Shown one piece after another: positions 1 to 13,183 of a DNA stretch of 64,000 bases. The stretch's first letter is position 1. Each line of letters starts with the position of its first letter. This DNA comes from Callorhinchus milii. Lineage: Eukaryota. The stretch spans positions 6,510,001 to 6,574,000 of the forward strand of contig NW_024704762.1 in assembly GCF_018977255.1 (NCBI RefSeq), written 5' to 3'. The position numbers and the translations under genes are program-made. The notes beneath the pieces were generated by a model that was not told the origin of the DNA, searched no databases, and saw only the letters and a program-made list of their open reading frames with translations.

Positions 1-3000
1 ACTAAGTAACATCCTGTTGAGAATGTACGCTTGTAAACCGTGTGAGCAAATATAGCAGCAATTCCAAGTACTACACAGCGCATTCGAGACGTTAATTGAT
101 GCTCCAGTGTGCATGCACCTTCATGCATGTGTGTGACTGGGAAGTTAGTGACTTGTGGATATTCAGTGCTGTATTGTGGATGAGTAGTTGGAAGAATCAA
201 GTTTTCGGATAGAAATGCTGTGAATGCACACCTTCCACTGGATAACAGCTACGATGTTTCATATATTAAAATAGTTTGACTTCTTAACTTGAGATTGCTC
301 TAACTACAGGTAATTGTGCTCCGCTTTGAAGCACAACATAGCACTGTGCAGAAAGTTTGTTCCCTTCCTCCATTCTGGCGTGCATGCTTGTTGGCTTCAT
401 TTGTGCTCCAGGTCTTTCATAGGAAGCGTGAAGATTTGTTTTCTTCGCTTGAAGTAGCTAAAAGAGGGTCGTTGAACTTGAAAAGGTAGATGAACAGTAT
501 AAGCTTTCAACTGATAGTGCTACAGATGGTAAAGATGGTAACTAAGTGTAAACTATGACCAGAGGTGTGCAAAGGTTAAATCGAGATCAAACCCAGAGTA
601 TTGTTCTCTTTGAAATAAACACTAAAGCAGGAACAATTCTGAATCCAAAGCGATGGTATTATCGATCCCGCACAGCTTGCATTGTAGAGTCGAGTGATTA
701 TCAGACTGTTGACTGCAAATTATTTATTTGGAAAATAAATTCTACCCCATGAGTCCATGAAAGCATAACATAGGAAGGTGACTTGTGTTGTTTATACTGT
801 AAAATTTACTTCTCATCTGTGTAACAAAATTCACACACTGTAGTCAGTGGTAGATAGGCCAGGAATTACACATCAAATATGATGTTCTCATAAGTAGCCT
901 TAAATTTGTAGGTAAATTGAGGTGTAATTACATGCTGTGAAAACTGAGCCATATAACTTAATAGAAAAACAAGGTGCATTTGTCATTTTATGCTACATTT
1001 ATGAAATAAGCTGCCTTCTGAAGCAGTCAGTTTGTACAATCTACAAGGGGTGCCTTTGTTATACAGAAACTCTGTAAATGCGAGAATGCCCCTCAAAAAT
1101 AAAAAACGGCTATTACTGTATTCTGTACACTATTTATCAATTTCAGTTTACCGTAAGGAAGAACTTTCTGTACAAAGTGAATAACTATTATTTTAATATA
1201 TATATGATATATATAACCAAAATGCCTGCGAAACGTTAGGAACAACAGCATCTAAGTTCTTATTTTCTGTAGTACTTCCCAATACAGCAGGCGTCAATTG
1301 TTCTTACCAATGTTTGTTACAGAATCTTGCATTTACTAACTTGAAAAAAAAAGGAAATCAACCCTTTCCAAGTGTTTCTGTGAACCATCACAAGGCACAA
1401 ATGACATTTTACAGCACTGAAAGGTAATGTCTGTCATATGCTGGACTTCACATACTAACTACTATATTGTTTTTTTTCTCTCCACCCCCCCCCCCCCCCC
1501 CCCGCAATACAAGAATCACTTTGAACACACGTTTACAATTTCAAAAGCTGTTTGTTTTTTTAATTTCCAAGCTTCCAGAAACACGAGTGTGTTTTAATTC
1601 CCATTTGCTGAATTAAACGCGTGCAAACTTGCTAAAAATTCGCAATTAAGGCGTTGCAACGTCACGTGAGCGGGCCTGCTTTGTGCGTTAGCTGATCTTA
1701 CTCAGACCAGCAGGAGTGCAAGAGTGTTGGCCTTAGTGGGTTAAAGAAAAGGGAAAATCCAACTGGAGTTATGCTTCTGCACAAAGTGAACACTTCCCCC
1801 ATCCCCCCCCCCCCACCCCCCAACAACACCACCACCACCGCTAGAAAGTATGTGGATGTCAGGAGATATTAGGCTTAATTGCTGGGCCATTAACAAGTCA
1901 AATATCTTGCAGTCCGGAAGGTGACTGGGGATTCGTATCCCAGCAAACGTCACCCAAGCCTTCAAGAAAGGAAGGGAGACATTTCGCGGGAGTGGTGGCG
2001 GGGGGGGAGTAAGCAGCGTATTTTAATTGAAACCAAATGTCGACGTTTAGACAAATTTAGGAAGTTAACCGCACAGGAAAATACACATGAAAACGTAGGG
2101 AAGTGCTGTGGCAGTGGCATATAATAGTAAAGGCATTACAGTATCATGTTGAGATTATTGAGGGATTTCAGGCACATATTGACTCCCCTTTTATATAGAA
2201 GCTGGAGTTTGGATAATTTGGAGTTAAATCGCTTGCATTTTAATAAAAGTTAAAACAGAATCTTAATTTTGGGTTGTGACAATGTGAACTCGGCAAAATG
2301 TTTACTCCAACACTCTCATCTCAAACACCATATCAGCCTAGCTATACCACGTCTCTGATCTGAAGTTTTAGTAGTTATCAGATCAAAGTGCTGGATATAT
2401 CCTGTGTAAGATGGACATTACCTTTAGATACACCAGAGGATGGATCAGATATTCGTTTGTGTGCTTGTGACATACTCAATCTGTCTCCTTTTTTTGTGTG
2501 GCTACAGCTTTTATTGTATAATGCTGCTTTGGTGTGGAAGAAAAACTGTCCTAAATAAACACAATATTAATAAAGTCTGTGGTTCTTTTAAACTCAGTGA
2601 ATATTATACAAGTAATTTTAGTATGTAGTGGTGGGAAGCTCTTTTTTGCTCAGGAATTGGCTTGTGAATTATTTTGACAATATGGCTGTAAAATATAACG
2701 TATAACTAGCTATTCATGTTGACAACCAGTCTTTTGTTTTTGTTCCCCCAACTTTTCATAATGTGGATTTGGTGCATATACTGTGTGGTAGGGAAAGGGA
2801 TGTTTTCTTTGTGATTAGTTGCTTAAGTGTTTTATCACTAAATTTTGTGAAAATTGTGATGGTTAAGTGGCAGGCATTACCCTAGAATGATCTTGTGTGC
2901 TTTATTTGTAATTAATGTCAAACATCATCACTTTGGTTTGCCATTACATCACTTACTGGGATTGTAGAATACAGTACTGTATCAATCGGGTTCAGCTGTA

Positions 3001-3180
3001 ACTACTGCTAAAATGTCTTTGGAAGAATGCATTTTCTTTGACCTGATAGGTTTGATATTCTACCTATCCCCACATTACTCTTGAATTTGTCTCTGGTGTT
3101 GTTTGGTTTGCCAAGAAATTATGATTTTGAGTTTTTTTTTTTGCCTTTTAAATAAAAGTTGCATATTTCTAAATATAAAT
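1..3180 (+). other. Probable 3' UTR of the upstream gene (DOT1L by synteny), with polyA signal AATAAA 3151-3156
   Basis: AT-rich, repeat-poor, no credible ORF. A U-rich tract precedes AATAAA and a GT-rich stretch follows it. The DOT1L identity is inferred only from the conserved DOT1L-PLEKHJ1-SF3A2-AMH gene order. Confidence 0.45.
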
Positions 3181-4011
3181 TCAGTGTTGTGAATTTTCAT
3201 TGGGAGATCGGGCACTAACTATCATCAGCCATAGCACTTCTTCAATACAAAACTCTACCCCGCCTTACGTTCTTCCTGTTTACGTTCTGGGTTCAGCGTT
3301 CAGCGTTCTGTTACAAGTGGTGGCTCAAAACATCTGCGCTGACGATGTGGTCAACTCGCACCTCCACTTCCCAGCACAGGAAAACTCATCCCACAGCTTC
3401 CAACGGTTCACACTTTTCCGCTAAGGCTCAGCTGACATCACAGGTAAACACCACGGCTGTGCAGCCCCTGATACGGACGGACTTAACCTCGTTCTGCCCC
3501 TTGTTTGGGAGACTAGTTACACCCATATTGTACTCGGGTTTGTTCTCGGCCATGACAGGTAAGAAACCAGGATTTTTAAAAGCTCGTTGGGAAGAGTAAG
3601 GTTTCTTGCTGTATGTAACTATACTTTCTCCCAGCAATAATGGTAAAGAGTCCAAAAACTATTTTGCATCTCAAAGCAAACATTCACAACTGCACACTAA
3701 AGTTGTTTGGATTACCTACCTTAGTTATGTCTGCAAAGTTGAGCTCCAGTGGAAATTTAAAGATGACGGCAGAGCAACGTAAATGACCTTGACATTAGCT
3801 ATATTTGCAGCATTACATTAATTGAATACCATAAGCTTTACCCTCGAGGGTTGATTGATTCGACACTTCCTATGCAAAACCCACTCATGACATGCACCAC
3901 TTGAAAGATTCGTCACAGGAAAATGTTGACGAAACCCACTTTGTTTTACTTTCCAAAAGTAGACTTTAATTTCAATTCAGCATAATATCGTGCAAAAATG
4001 TACAACTGAGG

Positions 4012-4017
4012 TTTATT
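4012..4017 (-). terminator. Candidate polyadenylation signal of PLEKHJ1
   Basis: TTTATT on + (AATAAA on -), about 1.2 kb downstream of the PLEKHJ1 stop. Confidence 0.45.
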
Positions 4018-5240
4018 GTTTAAAATCACAGAGCTTTACAGTTTTAACTAAAAACAATGACAGTAATAGTCCCATCTCCCTGAAGCAGCCACTGTGCATG
4101 TGAACTTGTATATAAATCTCCCGCATCACAAACCGTCTTAAAGAACAAATGCTTTGCTATGTAATTAAATGTCCATTTGAAATTAAGTCTTAAAACGTGT
4201 TTGCTCTCCACCTAAACTCACTGAATTAATCTTGACAAAGGATTCTGTGAGAAACATTAACCTTTCCTTTCAGATTCTGCAAGTTTCCAGCACGTTCAGC
4301 GGTACATTTGTTTTAACCTCCAGCAATATTTGATAAACATTGAAACACATTCAAAAATCCAGTAATGAAAACATGACGTTTCACAGAAAAAAAATTAATT
4401 GGCTCTTTGTGGGACATTGCTGCCATCTTTGCTTGCAAATGCAGTCACTCCATTTCACAGTAAGTCCTGTGAAGCGCTTTGGGGTCATCCAGGCCCTCTA
4501 CCAAATACGAGTATTATCAAAATAACTAAATTACAATTTTAAAAATTCACATTAAGTTCATTCACAATGGTAATTTTTCATCTCATTCAATTACCCAAGT
4601 ACACCAAGGAATTTTTTGAATGGCAAACTGCAACAAACTTCCGGATGAAACCGGTGAACGTACAGTACATCTTAATCAGCTTTAACATAACTTAAATCGG
4701 TATAGAAGTGTCTTATGTGTACCGTCTTACTGATTCAACTTGATTTGTTGTGAAAGGTTTGAAGCTGTCGTGATAGATCCTGTGAAGAACTTTGAGAAGT
4801 CCCGAAGACATGATAAGGCGCTATATCAAATGCAAGAATTATTATTCAAACCCTAAAATACCTGAAAGTAAATGCTTTTAAAAACCTAGAAACTCACTAA
4901 GGAGATAAGCAAATGCAATGAGAGGTTTCGACCACATTGCAAGGCGTGATCTTAAGGTGAGTTTCCACTGGGTCTGCTTATTTTACGTGCAAGTGGAGTA
5001 GATGGCTCACTGAAACCGTTAGCGCAATGTACAGTAACAGTAAAGAAATACCGGAATTTAGAGAACACAGCTAAATGGATAGGACGGGATGTACCACAAT
5101 TTTTCTTTTAACAGTACGGTAAATACTAGGTATTTTAGTGTAATTCCTGCAGACCAACATTCCAAGAAAGGTGATTAAAATGGCCCGTCAACCCTTCCTT
5201 TAGAAAATTCTCTGTGCATATTTATCTACAACGTCTGTGA

Positions 5241-8200
5241 TCAGATCTGAAATCTAGTTTCTTCTGAAATTCCATATTGCTCCAGTGGATCCTACAGACA
5301 CAGTAAAGGGAAAACATTAGTCCAACACCATAATGATGTCGAATAGTTACATTCGCGCCCCCCCCCCCCCCCCCCCACCACCACCATTACCACTGTAGAT
5401 TAAGGCACTATACAAATGTAATTTGTTGTAGATAACACTTTTTTTGGGTATTTATCTGGTTCCCTTTGTATGGATCCTGCTTCAATTGCTGCTCCCAGCA
5501 GGGCATTCCACATTATAACAACTCTGTCGTATTTAATCTAGTCATTAACCTTCCCCTTTTTTACAAAAGGTAATAACCAAAGTGTACGTACAAAACGACT
5601 TGCAATCAGTTGATCGCTGAAAGAACAGTTTGACCAACAGTTATCCAGGGCAAAACATTTTCTCCCAGCCCGTTAACTCCATTTGTAAAAGTCCATTTTA
5701 ACAAAGGTCTGAAGAAACTGATGAATTAAGTTTTTAAGAACGCAGAAACACTGCGAATATAATAACTCACTTTTCCGGTTATTTCCTTTATCTTGTGCCG
5801 GTAAGAGATTAAGCTCTTCCGCATGTTCTCATAACTGCAAAACAAAATGTACAAATTAAATCTCAAAGTCAGAAGTTTGCGGTTTCAGCCAACCATTAAC
5901 TACTCAACAACAACAAGATTCCATTTATAAAGCGCCTTTCACGTCAGGAGGACGTCCCAACTCACTGACTCCCAACAGCATTTTTGTTTTAAACTGTACA
6001 AAGTGTGAGGCATATATATGGGAAGGAAAGATCGGAAGAGGCCGCTCCCAGGGTAATTGTCTCAATCCAACTAATACTAATTACACTTGTACTGTTGTTG
6101 GCTCCTCTTCCCCCTCCCAGAGGATGTGAATAGGAGAGGTGAATGATTGATTGCTTTCAGATTATTGCAAGGAAAGCCTAAACTCTACTGTACTGTATTG
6201 TTCTATATTTATTTTTTAACCAAACGTTAATATGAACAACATGATTTTGCTGTCGAAAACAAACCCAAACTTCTTTTACAGGAAGACGTTCTCTCCTCAA
6301 GACCTTTTCTCCACTTTGCCCTAGTCCATTCTTCCTCACATACATGTACATATTTAAATACACTCTGCCGTCATTCAAATATATAATGTTTAAACAGTTA
6401 AGACCAATAGTGTGATCCATCTGTAGATTCCTGCCCGTCTCTGCAAGATAATTGGAACAGATGTTACCATCCCTACAATCCTTCAGCCATTTGATTATCG
6501 GTTGCAAGTTTTTTTGTGAGCTACTTTCACTAAAGTTACAATAAATACGTAAAGTGTACAAGCTCTATTCTCTGAGCCTATAACCCAAGTACATGAACAA
6601 GTGAAGGTGCCTAAAGAGACGCCTGTACACATACATACCTGGCTTTTGTTAACGCTTCAATCCACTCTTCACATTGCTCTTTACTTTCACACCAAAATAA
6701 GAATTTTCTTTCTGGTTCATCCACAAATACTGAAAGCAAGTTTTAAAAACAGGTCGGCTAAAAGGTTCCGTTTGTTGGATACAACTGCAAAGCATAGTTG
6801 GGATTCTGTACAGTTCAGCGTTCAGTAATAGTTCAGTTTAACAATGGCCAATACAGGAAGTGAGACTCCAAAAGCTGCCAAAGTAGCTGCTTAGACTGGG
6901 TTTATTGTCGGTCAGGCTAAGCCAAATCTCGGAACTTCTATCTTTCTGCCTTTTCATTTACAGTAACTTTGAAATGCACGTTTCCTTATTTTCTGCACTT
7001 TGAATCGTACATCATTAATTCCCCTCACCACCTCCTACTTTTTTCCAATTCTTGTCACTTCCAGGTCTCCACTTTTCTCCAGAGCACCTATGAGCTGAGG
7101 TCCAGATGTGCCACTTGAACCCACAACCTTCTGAAGTGAGTGCTGTCCAACTGAGAATGATCCTAAACTCTACAAACAACATCAAACTGCCCTCAGCACT
7201 GCTGTGAGAGTAGATAGTTGTGAAACAGGTCACAGACTAGACAACCTTGAACATAAATTTGTTTATTCATTACTCAAAAATTCAAAATAATATTAACACA
7301 TTTAGTATGTACAGAATGGGAGATGCCTCCTCAAAAGAAAGGCAGCAATTGCAACCTGTGTGGGAATTTAAACAGGTTTAAAAAAAAAAGGCCATATAAA
7401 ACTGGAGTAAAACAAATATTTGCCATTTATCATTCAGAAACAGAAAAGAGACTGCTGCACAAAGGGCATTACTCCCTGAAGACTATGTTAGAACTTTGTG
7501 TTTCTATTTGAAGGACGGATTTGAATAAAGCTGGAGAAAGACTTGGATAAGAGGGAAACTCTGAACTCGTTCCAATGTCATAACCCTAACAACTGCCAAT
7601 TGTCCTTACAATCTGCAGGAACCTCATTTTAGTCTGACACAAGATGCCACCCACACACTGGGAGGTACACACAGCGTTCAACTAAATCAAAGGCTGCATC
7701 AATGAGGCGCTCAGGCAGCCAAATGAAATGGAGGGATAAATAAAAAATTACATATCTTACGATGAATTTAATGTGATAAACTAATTAGGGAGGCAAAAAG
7801 AACAGTTGGGCATCAACAGCAAACGTAAGGAAGCAAACTCCACGATTAATCCAAAACTACTCCCTAAACATTACAGAGAAGTCATATTTAGACCGGGTGT
7901 GGGGGGGAGGGGGGGGGATTGGAATTTCCTTGTATTGAGAATCACTAATTCAAAGTGAACCTAAGACTGATTTGAAAGTTTCAAACCCAGAGCCGTTCCA
8001 GGATTCAGAAATTAGATCAAGCAAATTCCAAGATTAATCTTAAACACAGTTCAAGAGAATCTAGTTGTTCTGCTTGAGCGCAGTATAAACGTGTCCGGGT
8101 CTCAAAAGGAAAAGCTCGAGTGCCTTGGCTGCAAAAGGTTAGTCCGAGAAGCAAATGGGTAAAACAGATTGTTGGGGACAAGTCACTCAGAGAGAGGACC

Positions 8201-11200
8201 AGTTGGCAGACTTCGAGGGGAAACTTTTAAGACTAAAAGGAACCATCGTATATTTTAATAGCAGCACAGAAAACGAGGAAGGTTGAGTGTTAGAGCCAAA
8301 CCTGTAGTGTTGTAGCAACAAACCTAAATCATGTCACCAGAGACGAAATGTAGCCTTGAACCAACGTTCGAAGTTGTGTACGTTGCACTTTTCAAGGGCT
8401 AGGGGGTTTTTTTTTGGGAAGAAACCAGCTGAAACGATAAGCTATCAATACAAGGGCACCTCCTACTTCAAAGAAAGTACTTATTTTTGGAGTGACTGAA
8501 GTTTTGGTCCAAAAGAGATAACATTCTTGTTTATGCTGTAATATGTTTGAAAGATGTTTAGGTTGCTGGGTGGCAGAGTGCGCTTGGTTTATTGCCCTTT
8601 CACCACTGGGACCTTGGTTCAAATCCAGCCCAAAGGAAGAAGATCCTTTCTTTTGCTGTGAAGATGCTATGGTGGTCTGAATGCAACAAAAACAACTTGC
8701 ATTTATTGAGCACAGGCTAGGGTCCCGGAATACAATTCCTCAAAGTCATCAGTTCACAGCACAAAACGACCTAAACACTGTCGATCTCGCTCGGAAACGC
8801 AGGATGGCTGGAGCAGTAAAGGGAGAAAATGGAGGCTTTTCCTTTTGAGACACGGACACATTTGTTCTGCGCTCGAGCAGAATAACTAGATCCTCTTAAA
8901 CTGGGTTTAAGACTAATCTTGGAATTTGCTGGATCTAAACTAACTTCTGAATCTGGGAGCAGCTCTGGGTTCGAAACTTCCAAATCAGTCTTGGGTTCAC
9001 TTTAAATTAGTGATTCTCAATATAAGGAAATTCCGATTCTCTTTTCCCGTCCCCCGCCCCGGTCTAAATATGACTTCTCTTTTATAATGATTATTTGGCA
9101 ATAATAATCCTTACATTTGATATAGCTCCTTATCACACTGGCGAGATATCTCAAAGTGCTCCACAGGATTCCACTGTGAAATGTAGTGACTGTGTATTTG
9201 CAGGCAAACGCAGCAGCCAATTTGTCCACAGCAACGTCCCACAAACAGCTATGAAGAATGAACAATTTTAACTGGGGGATTATTGGCCAGGACACCAGGA
9301 GAAATTTCCTTTTCTTTTTGAATAGTACCATGAGATTTTTAACATCCACCTGAACAGGCACAGGCAGGACCTCGGTTTAACGTCTCATCTGAAGGATGAA
9401 GAGACAAATGATTGAGGTTGTGGTTAAGGCACGTTAGGGGATTGTAAAATGTTTACTTAGCATTCAGCTGTACTGACTGATATGTGAACTCAAGGGAATT
9501 TCATATCACCTCACTGAGAAACTGGTGTTGCCCTCATAAGCGTCGACATCCTTGACTTATGAACAACAAATACGATCATTTGCAAGTAGATCTAAATTAT
9601 TGTCACAATCCGATTGCTTTGTTTCCTCAGTGGCATATGTTTATTATTTAATTGTGAGACAATAAGCAAGATAATGACCATGTGTTTGCTGTACTTAATG
9701 GGTCGTTTACCTAAATAGACAACTAAATAATCAAACCCAGGAGAGAATGTTGCAAATTCATTACGATTAATACTAAATAAGAGGTAGGTAAAAAAAACAA
9801 CAATGAAATTACCTAATGAAAAAGAAGCTTCTTCCTCCCTCTGGATTTTGCACTGTTCAAGTAATAAGGCGCCGGCAGGCTATTGAAAGATAAAGGAATA
9901 TTCTTCATTGAAACGTGATATTCATAATTAAACTCCTTGCAGTCACACACTGCAATTCGTGCAGAAATCCTTGCGACGTGCTTAACCATTGTGGAGTCTG
10001 CTGTACCATTGTGACGTTCCATGCCTTTCCCGTGCAACGAACGATAGAATTTACATCTATGTCCTTAACGCCTTGCAGGTGAGGAGGACATCTCAAAGAA
10101 CTTGCGTATTACAGCATCGTCATGCACAAACTAGCCCGAATTACGCAGAGGGCCTTCCCTTCTGCGTTACCTCTAACTACACATTTTAAGCAACAAAAAA
10201 AAGAGCCTCGAGAAACCCAGCAGCGACTGCACTTGATTTTTTTTTTGTTGCTGCTGCGAGTGCATAATAAGACTTAAAGAATCCTCAAAGGAGTCTTACC
10301 TCCTCTTCATCGATTCTGAAATAAAAAAGAAAGTTGACCACAAGCTTCACTAAACGATGTTTCACTGCTGAAAGGAACAAAACATGAAATTCATCAGAAG
10401 AGTACTGCATTCTCCAAGTCATCGTTTCCCACCTTAATATAAATAAATTCCTGTACGACGTTAAATGACGGACATCTTAAGACTCCTCCGGATAAAGTAA
10501 TCCATTACGGATCATGCAAAAATACTCTCGTCCATAATCAAAGGATTGTTATTATTTTTACTTGTCAACTCCGTAGCGTAAACATTGACCTTACGCACAG
10601 CAAACAGTTACATTTGTGTATTTACGGTACATGAGTTGAGTTACTTTACTTAGTTTCTTGTACGTTAAGACACACAGTCGCAGTAAAAAAAATACACAAA
10701 ATCCATAATAAACAATAGCAAAACCCCCTTTGTGGTCACTCAATCCGCGGCTGTTTGCGCGACGCGGCCGTGGACACTGCGGTCGCTGCCGCGTCTCGCC
10801 CGCAGAATGCACAGTCACTACACTCGACGGTATATCCTGCGAAGCGCCTTTTGCAGCGTCTTTGACACCAGGCGACGAGGCGCCCGGCGTCAAATAATAA
10901 TAATACTAATAATCCTTGCATCTGACACGGCGTCGGGTCTCCCGGACGCCTCACAAGCCCTCCGCGGGAGACGCGGTCAAGTGTAGTGACTGTGTACTTT
11001 GCGGTGCGGAGAGAGGGAGCGGCGGCCGATGGCGCACAAGCGGTGGGTTGGAAAGGGGCACCGATCACTGCATGTGCCGTTGAGGGGATTATTACCCCCC
11101 AACCCCCCACAAGTAAGCGCAAGGATTATGATGACGACGATTGTATTATTATGAATTATTATTCATTATTATTATTATTATACAATGGTTCCTGTCTTAC

Positions 11201-11294
11201 CGTCTCCGCGCTTGGGGCCTCTCATGTGCAGTTGAGCCGCTTTCTCGGCCGGCAGTTTGGACAGGAACGCCAACTCCTTCTCGTTGTACCTCAT
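5241..11294 (-). CDS. PLEKHJ1: Pleckstrin homology domain-containing family J member 1, 6 coding exons, 144 aa
   Basis: Exons (-): 11201-11294 MRYNEKELAFLSKLPAEKAAQLHMRGPKRGD; 10300-10367 VKHRLVKLVVNFLFYFRIDEEE; 9813-9879 PAGALLLEQCKIQREEEASFSL; 6639-6729 FVDEPERKFLFWCESKEQCEEWIEALTKA; 5771-5834 YENMRKSLISYRHKIKEITGK; 5241-5291 DPLEQYGISEETRFQI*. All GT-AG, phases consistent, 435 nt total, Kozak GCCGCCATG. Confidence 0.96.
7875..9080. repeat. Long inverted repeat (arms ~7875-8115 and ~8835-9080), possibly a non-autonomous DNA transposon/foldback element
   Basis: Left arm AGAGAAGTCATATTTAGACCGG...CTCAAAAGGAAAAGC is the diverged reverse complement of the right arm GCTTTTCCTTTTGAGAC...CCGGTCTAAATATGACTTCTCT. 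Confidence 0.85.
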
Positions 11295-12140
11295 GGCGGC
11301 CCGCGAGACCCCAACCCGGCCCGCGAGACCCCCAACCCGGCCCGCGAGACCCCTACCCGGCCCGCGAGACCCCAACCCGGCCCGCGAGACCCCAATCCGG
11401 CCCGCGAGACCCCAATCCGGCCCGCGAGACCCCGACCCGGCCCGCGAGGCGAGGGGAAGGGGCGCGCACACACACACACACACACACACCTCCCGAGAGG
11501 CCTTAGGCTCCCGGGGACGCCCTCATTCCCGCGTCTGTCTCTCTGTGCGGCGGCGGCGGCGGCGTCTCCTCCTCCTCCTCCTCCCCGAGGGCCCGCGCCC
11601 CGCGTCGCCCACCGCGCGTTCAAACGAGGTTTGTAGCCCAAAGTGGCCCCGCCTCCCGCCCAACGATAGCCCACAAAAAAAGTGGCCCGACGTTACCCTC
11701 CTCTCCTCCGCACCGACTCCCCTCCCCTCACTCCCGTCCCTCCCGTCCCTCTCAGGTCACAGCCAAGTGTGTCACTCGCTCGAGGGAGGGAGGGAGGGAG
11801 TGAGGGTTTGTGTTTGACGCCATTAATTAAAAAAAATAAGGCGGTGGTGGCGGTGGGGTAGGAGGAAGGGAGAGAGGGAGAGGAGGAGGGAAACAACATG
11901 TTTTTTTTTAATAATAATATGTCAATACATTAATAAATAAAGAATGATATCATATGTGTGTGTGTGGTTTTTTTTAAAAAAGTGAGTCGGTTTTTTTTCC
12001 ATCAGGCGTCTTCGTGGACAGCCACCACCCCCCACACACGCACGCACACAAACCCCACCCAATTGAGGCGACGGACGGAAGGACGGACCCGTCGATGACG
12101 TTGAAGTCGACGCGACACATCCGGCGCGCGCCGCCTCTCT
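11295..12140. promoter_or_regulatory. CpG-island bidirectional promoter shared by PLEKHJ1 (-) and SF3A2 (+)
   Basis: CpG-dense region between head-to-head genes. CCAAT near 12059, ETS-like CTTCCGG at ~12139-12145, SF3A2 non-coding exon 1 donor G|GTAAG at 12225/12226. Confidence 0.75.
11297..11448. repeat. GC-rich 20-21 bp minisatellite (CCCGGCCCGCGAGACCCCAA), ~7.5 copies, abutting the PLEKHJ1 start codon
   Basis: Direct tandem repeat read from the sequence. Confidence 0.95.
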
Positions 12141-12329
12141 TCCGGTGCAGGAGCCCTGAGCGCCAACCTGTGCGGGAGTGACTCGGAAGAGGGTGTTTGG
12201 AGAGGAGGGGGAAGGAGAACCGAGGGTAAGGGGAGCGAGAGGAGGGGAGAGTGGCGGAGGAGGGAGGGAGAGGGAGGGAGGTGAGGAGTGAGAAACAGAC
12301 GGGGAGAGGGTGAGTGTGACAGAGAGAGG

Positions 12330-12617
12330 NNNNNNNNNNNNNNNNNNNNNNNNNNNNNNNNNNNNNNNNNNNNNNNNNNNNNNNNNNNNNNNNNNNNNNN
12401 NNNNNNNNNNNNNNNNNNNNNNNNNNNNNNNNNNNNNNNNNNNNNNNNNNNNNNNNNNNNNNNNNNNNNNNNNNNNNNNNNNNNNNNNNNNNNNNNNNNN
12501 NNNNNNNNNNNNNNNNNNNNNNNNNNNNNNNNNNNNNNNNNNNNNNNNNNNNNNNNNNNNNNNNNNNNNNNNNNNNNNNNNNNNNNNNNNNNNNNNNNNN
12601 NNNNNNNNNNNNNNNNN
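12330..12617. other. Assembly gap (288 N) in SF3A2 intron 1
   Basis: Run of N. Confidence 1.
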
Positions 12618-13183
12618 ATTAGATAATGCTAATCCTTGCATTTGGAGCAGCGCCTCATCATGTTGGAAGGAAGGTCTCGGAACGCTTCACAGGGTCTTTC
12701 CGTGAAATGGAACGACTTGTGCATTTTGTGGGCGAGCGCGGGCAGCAGGATTGCGCACAGGAGCGTCCCACAAGCAGCCACAAAGCGGATGATAGGGAGG
12801 AGGAGAGAGAGAGAGAGAGATAGAGAGGAGGCTTTGAAGGAAGTGTGGGGGTGGGTGGGTGAAGGGGTCTGGGGGTGGGTGGGAGTTTTGGGGTGATTGA
12901 GGGCTTGAGCTTTCGTGACGCGCAAGTGTGTTGTGCAGGTTTTCCGACAATATATTGGCAAATTGATTAAAAACTCTACAGTTACAATTGTACAATTTAC
13001 ATTTAAACTGTGACCACCGAGTGGATGGTTCGAGAAATATGTTTTAAAAAAAACTGAAAAGAGTTCCTATCATTTTTTTTTGGTGGGTGGGGGGGAAGCA
13101 ATTTTAAAGCTTTCTGGTTCTAACGTGGCTTTCTGTTATTAAATTCTTCCTCAGGGATTTTGTTTTGAGCCCCAGCGGTAGCC

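Noticed and set aside
8440-8890. VGGALVL and LLER peptides as possible PLEKHJ1 exon 3
   Set aside because: The true exon 3 at 9813-9879 has the right size, phase and splice sites; these are chance matches, one inside the inverted repeat arm.
10986-11817. Long ORFs (216, 186, 121 aa) over the PLEKHJ1 5' region
   Set aside because: Products of the GC-rich minisatellite and CpG island; low complexity, no recognisable domain.
11922-12705. ORFs containing long X runs
   Set aside because: Artefacts of the N gap.
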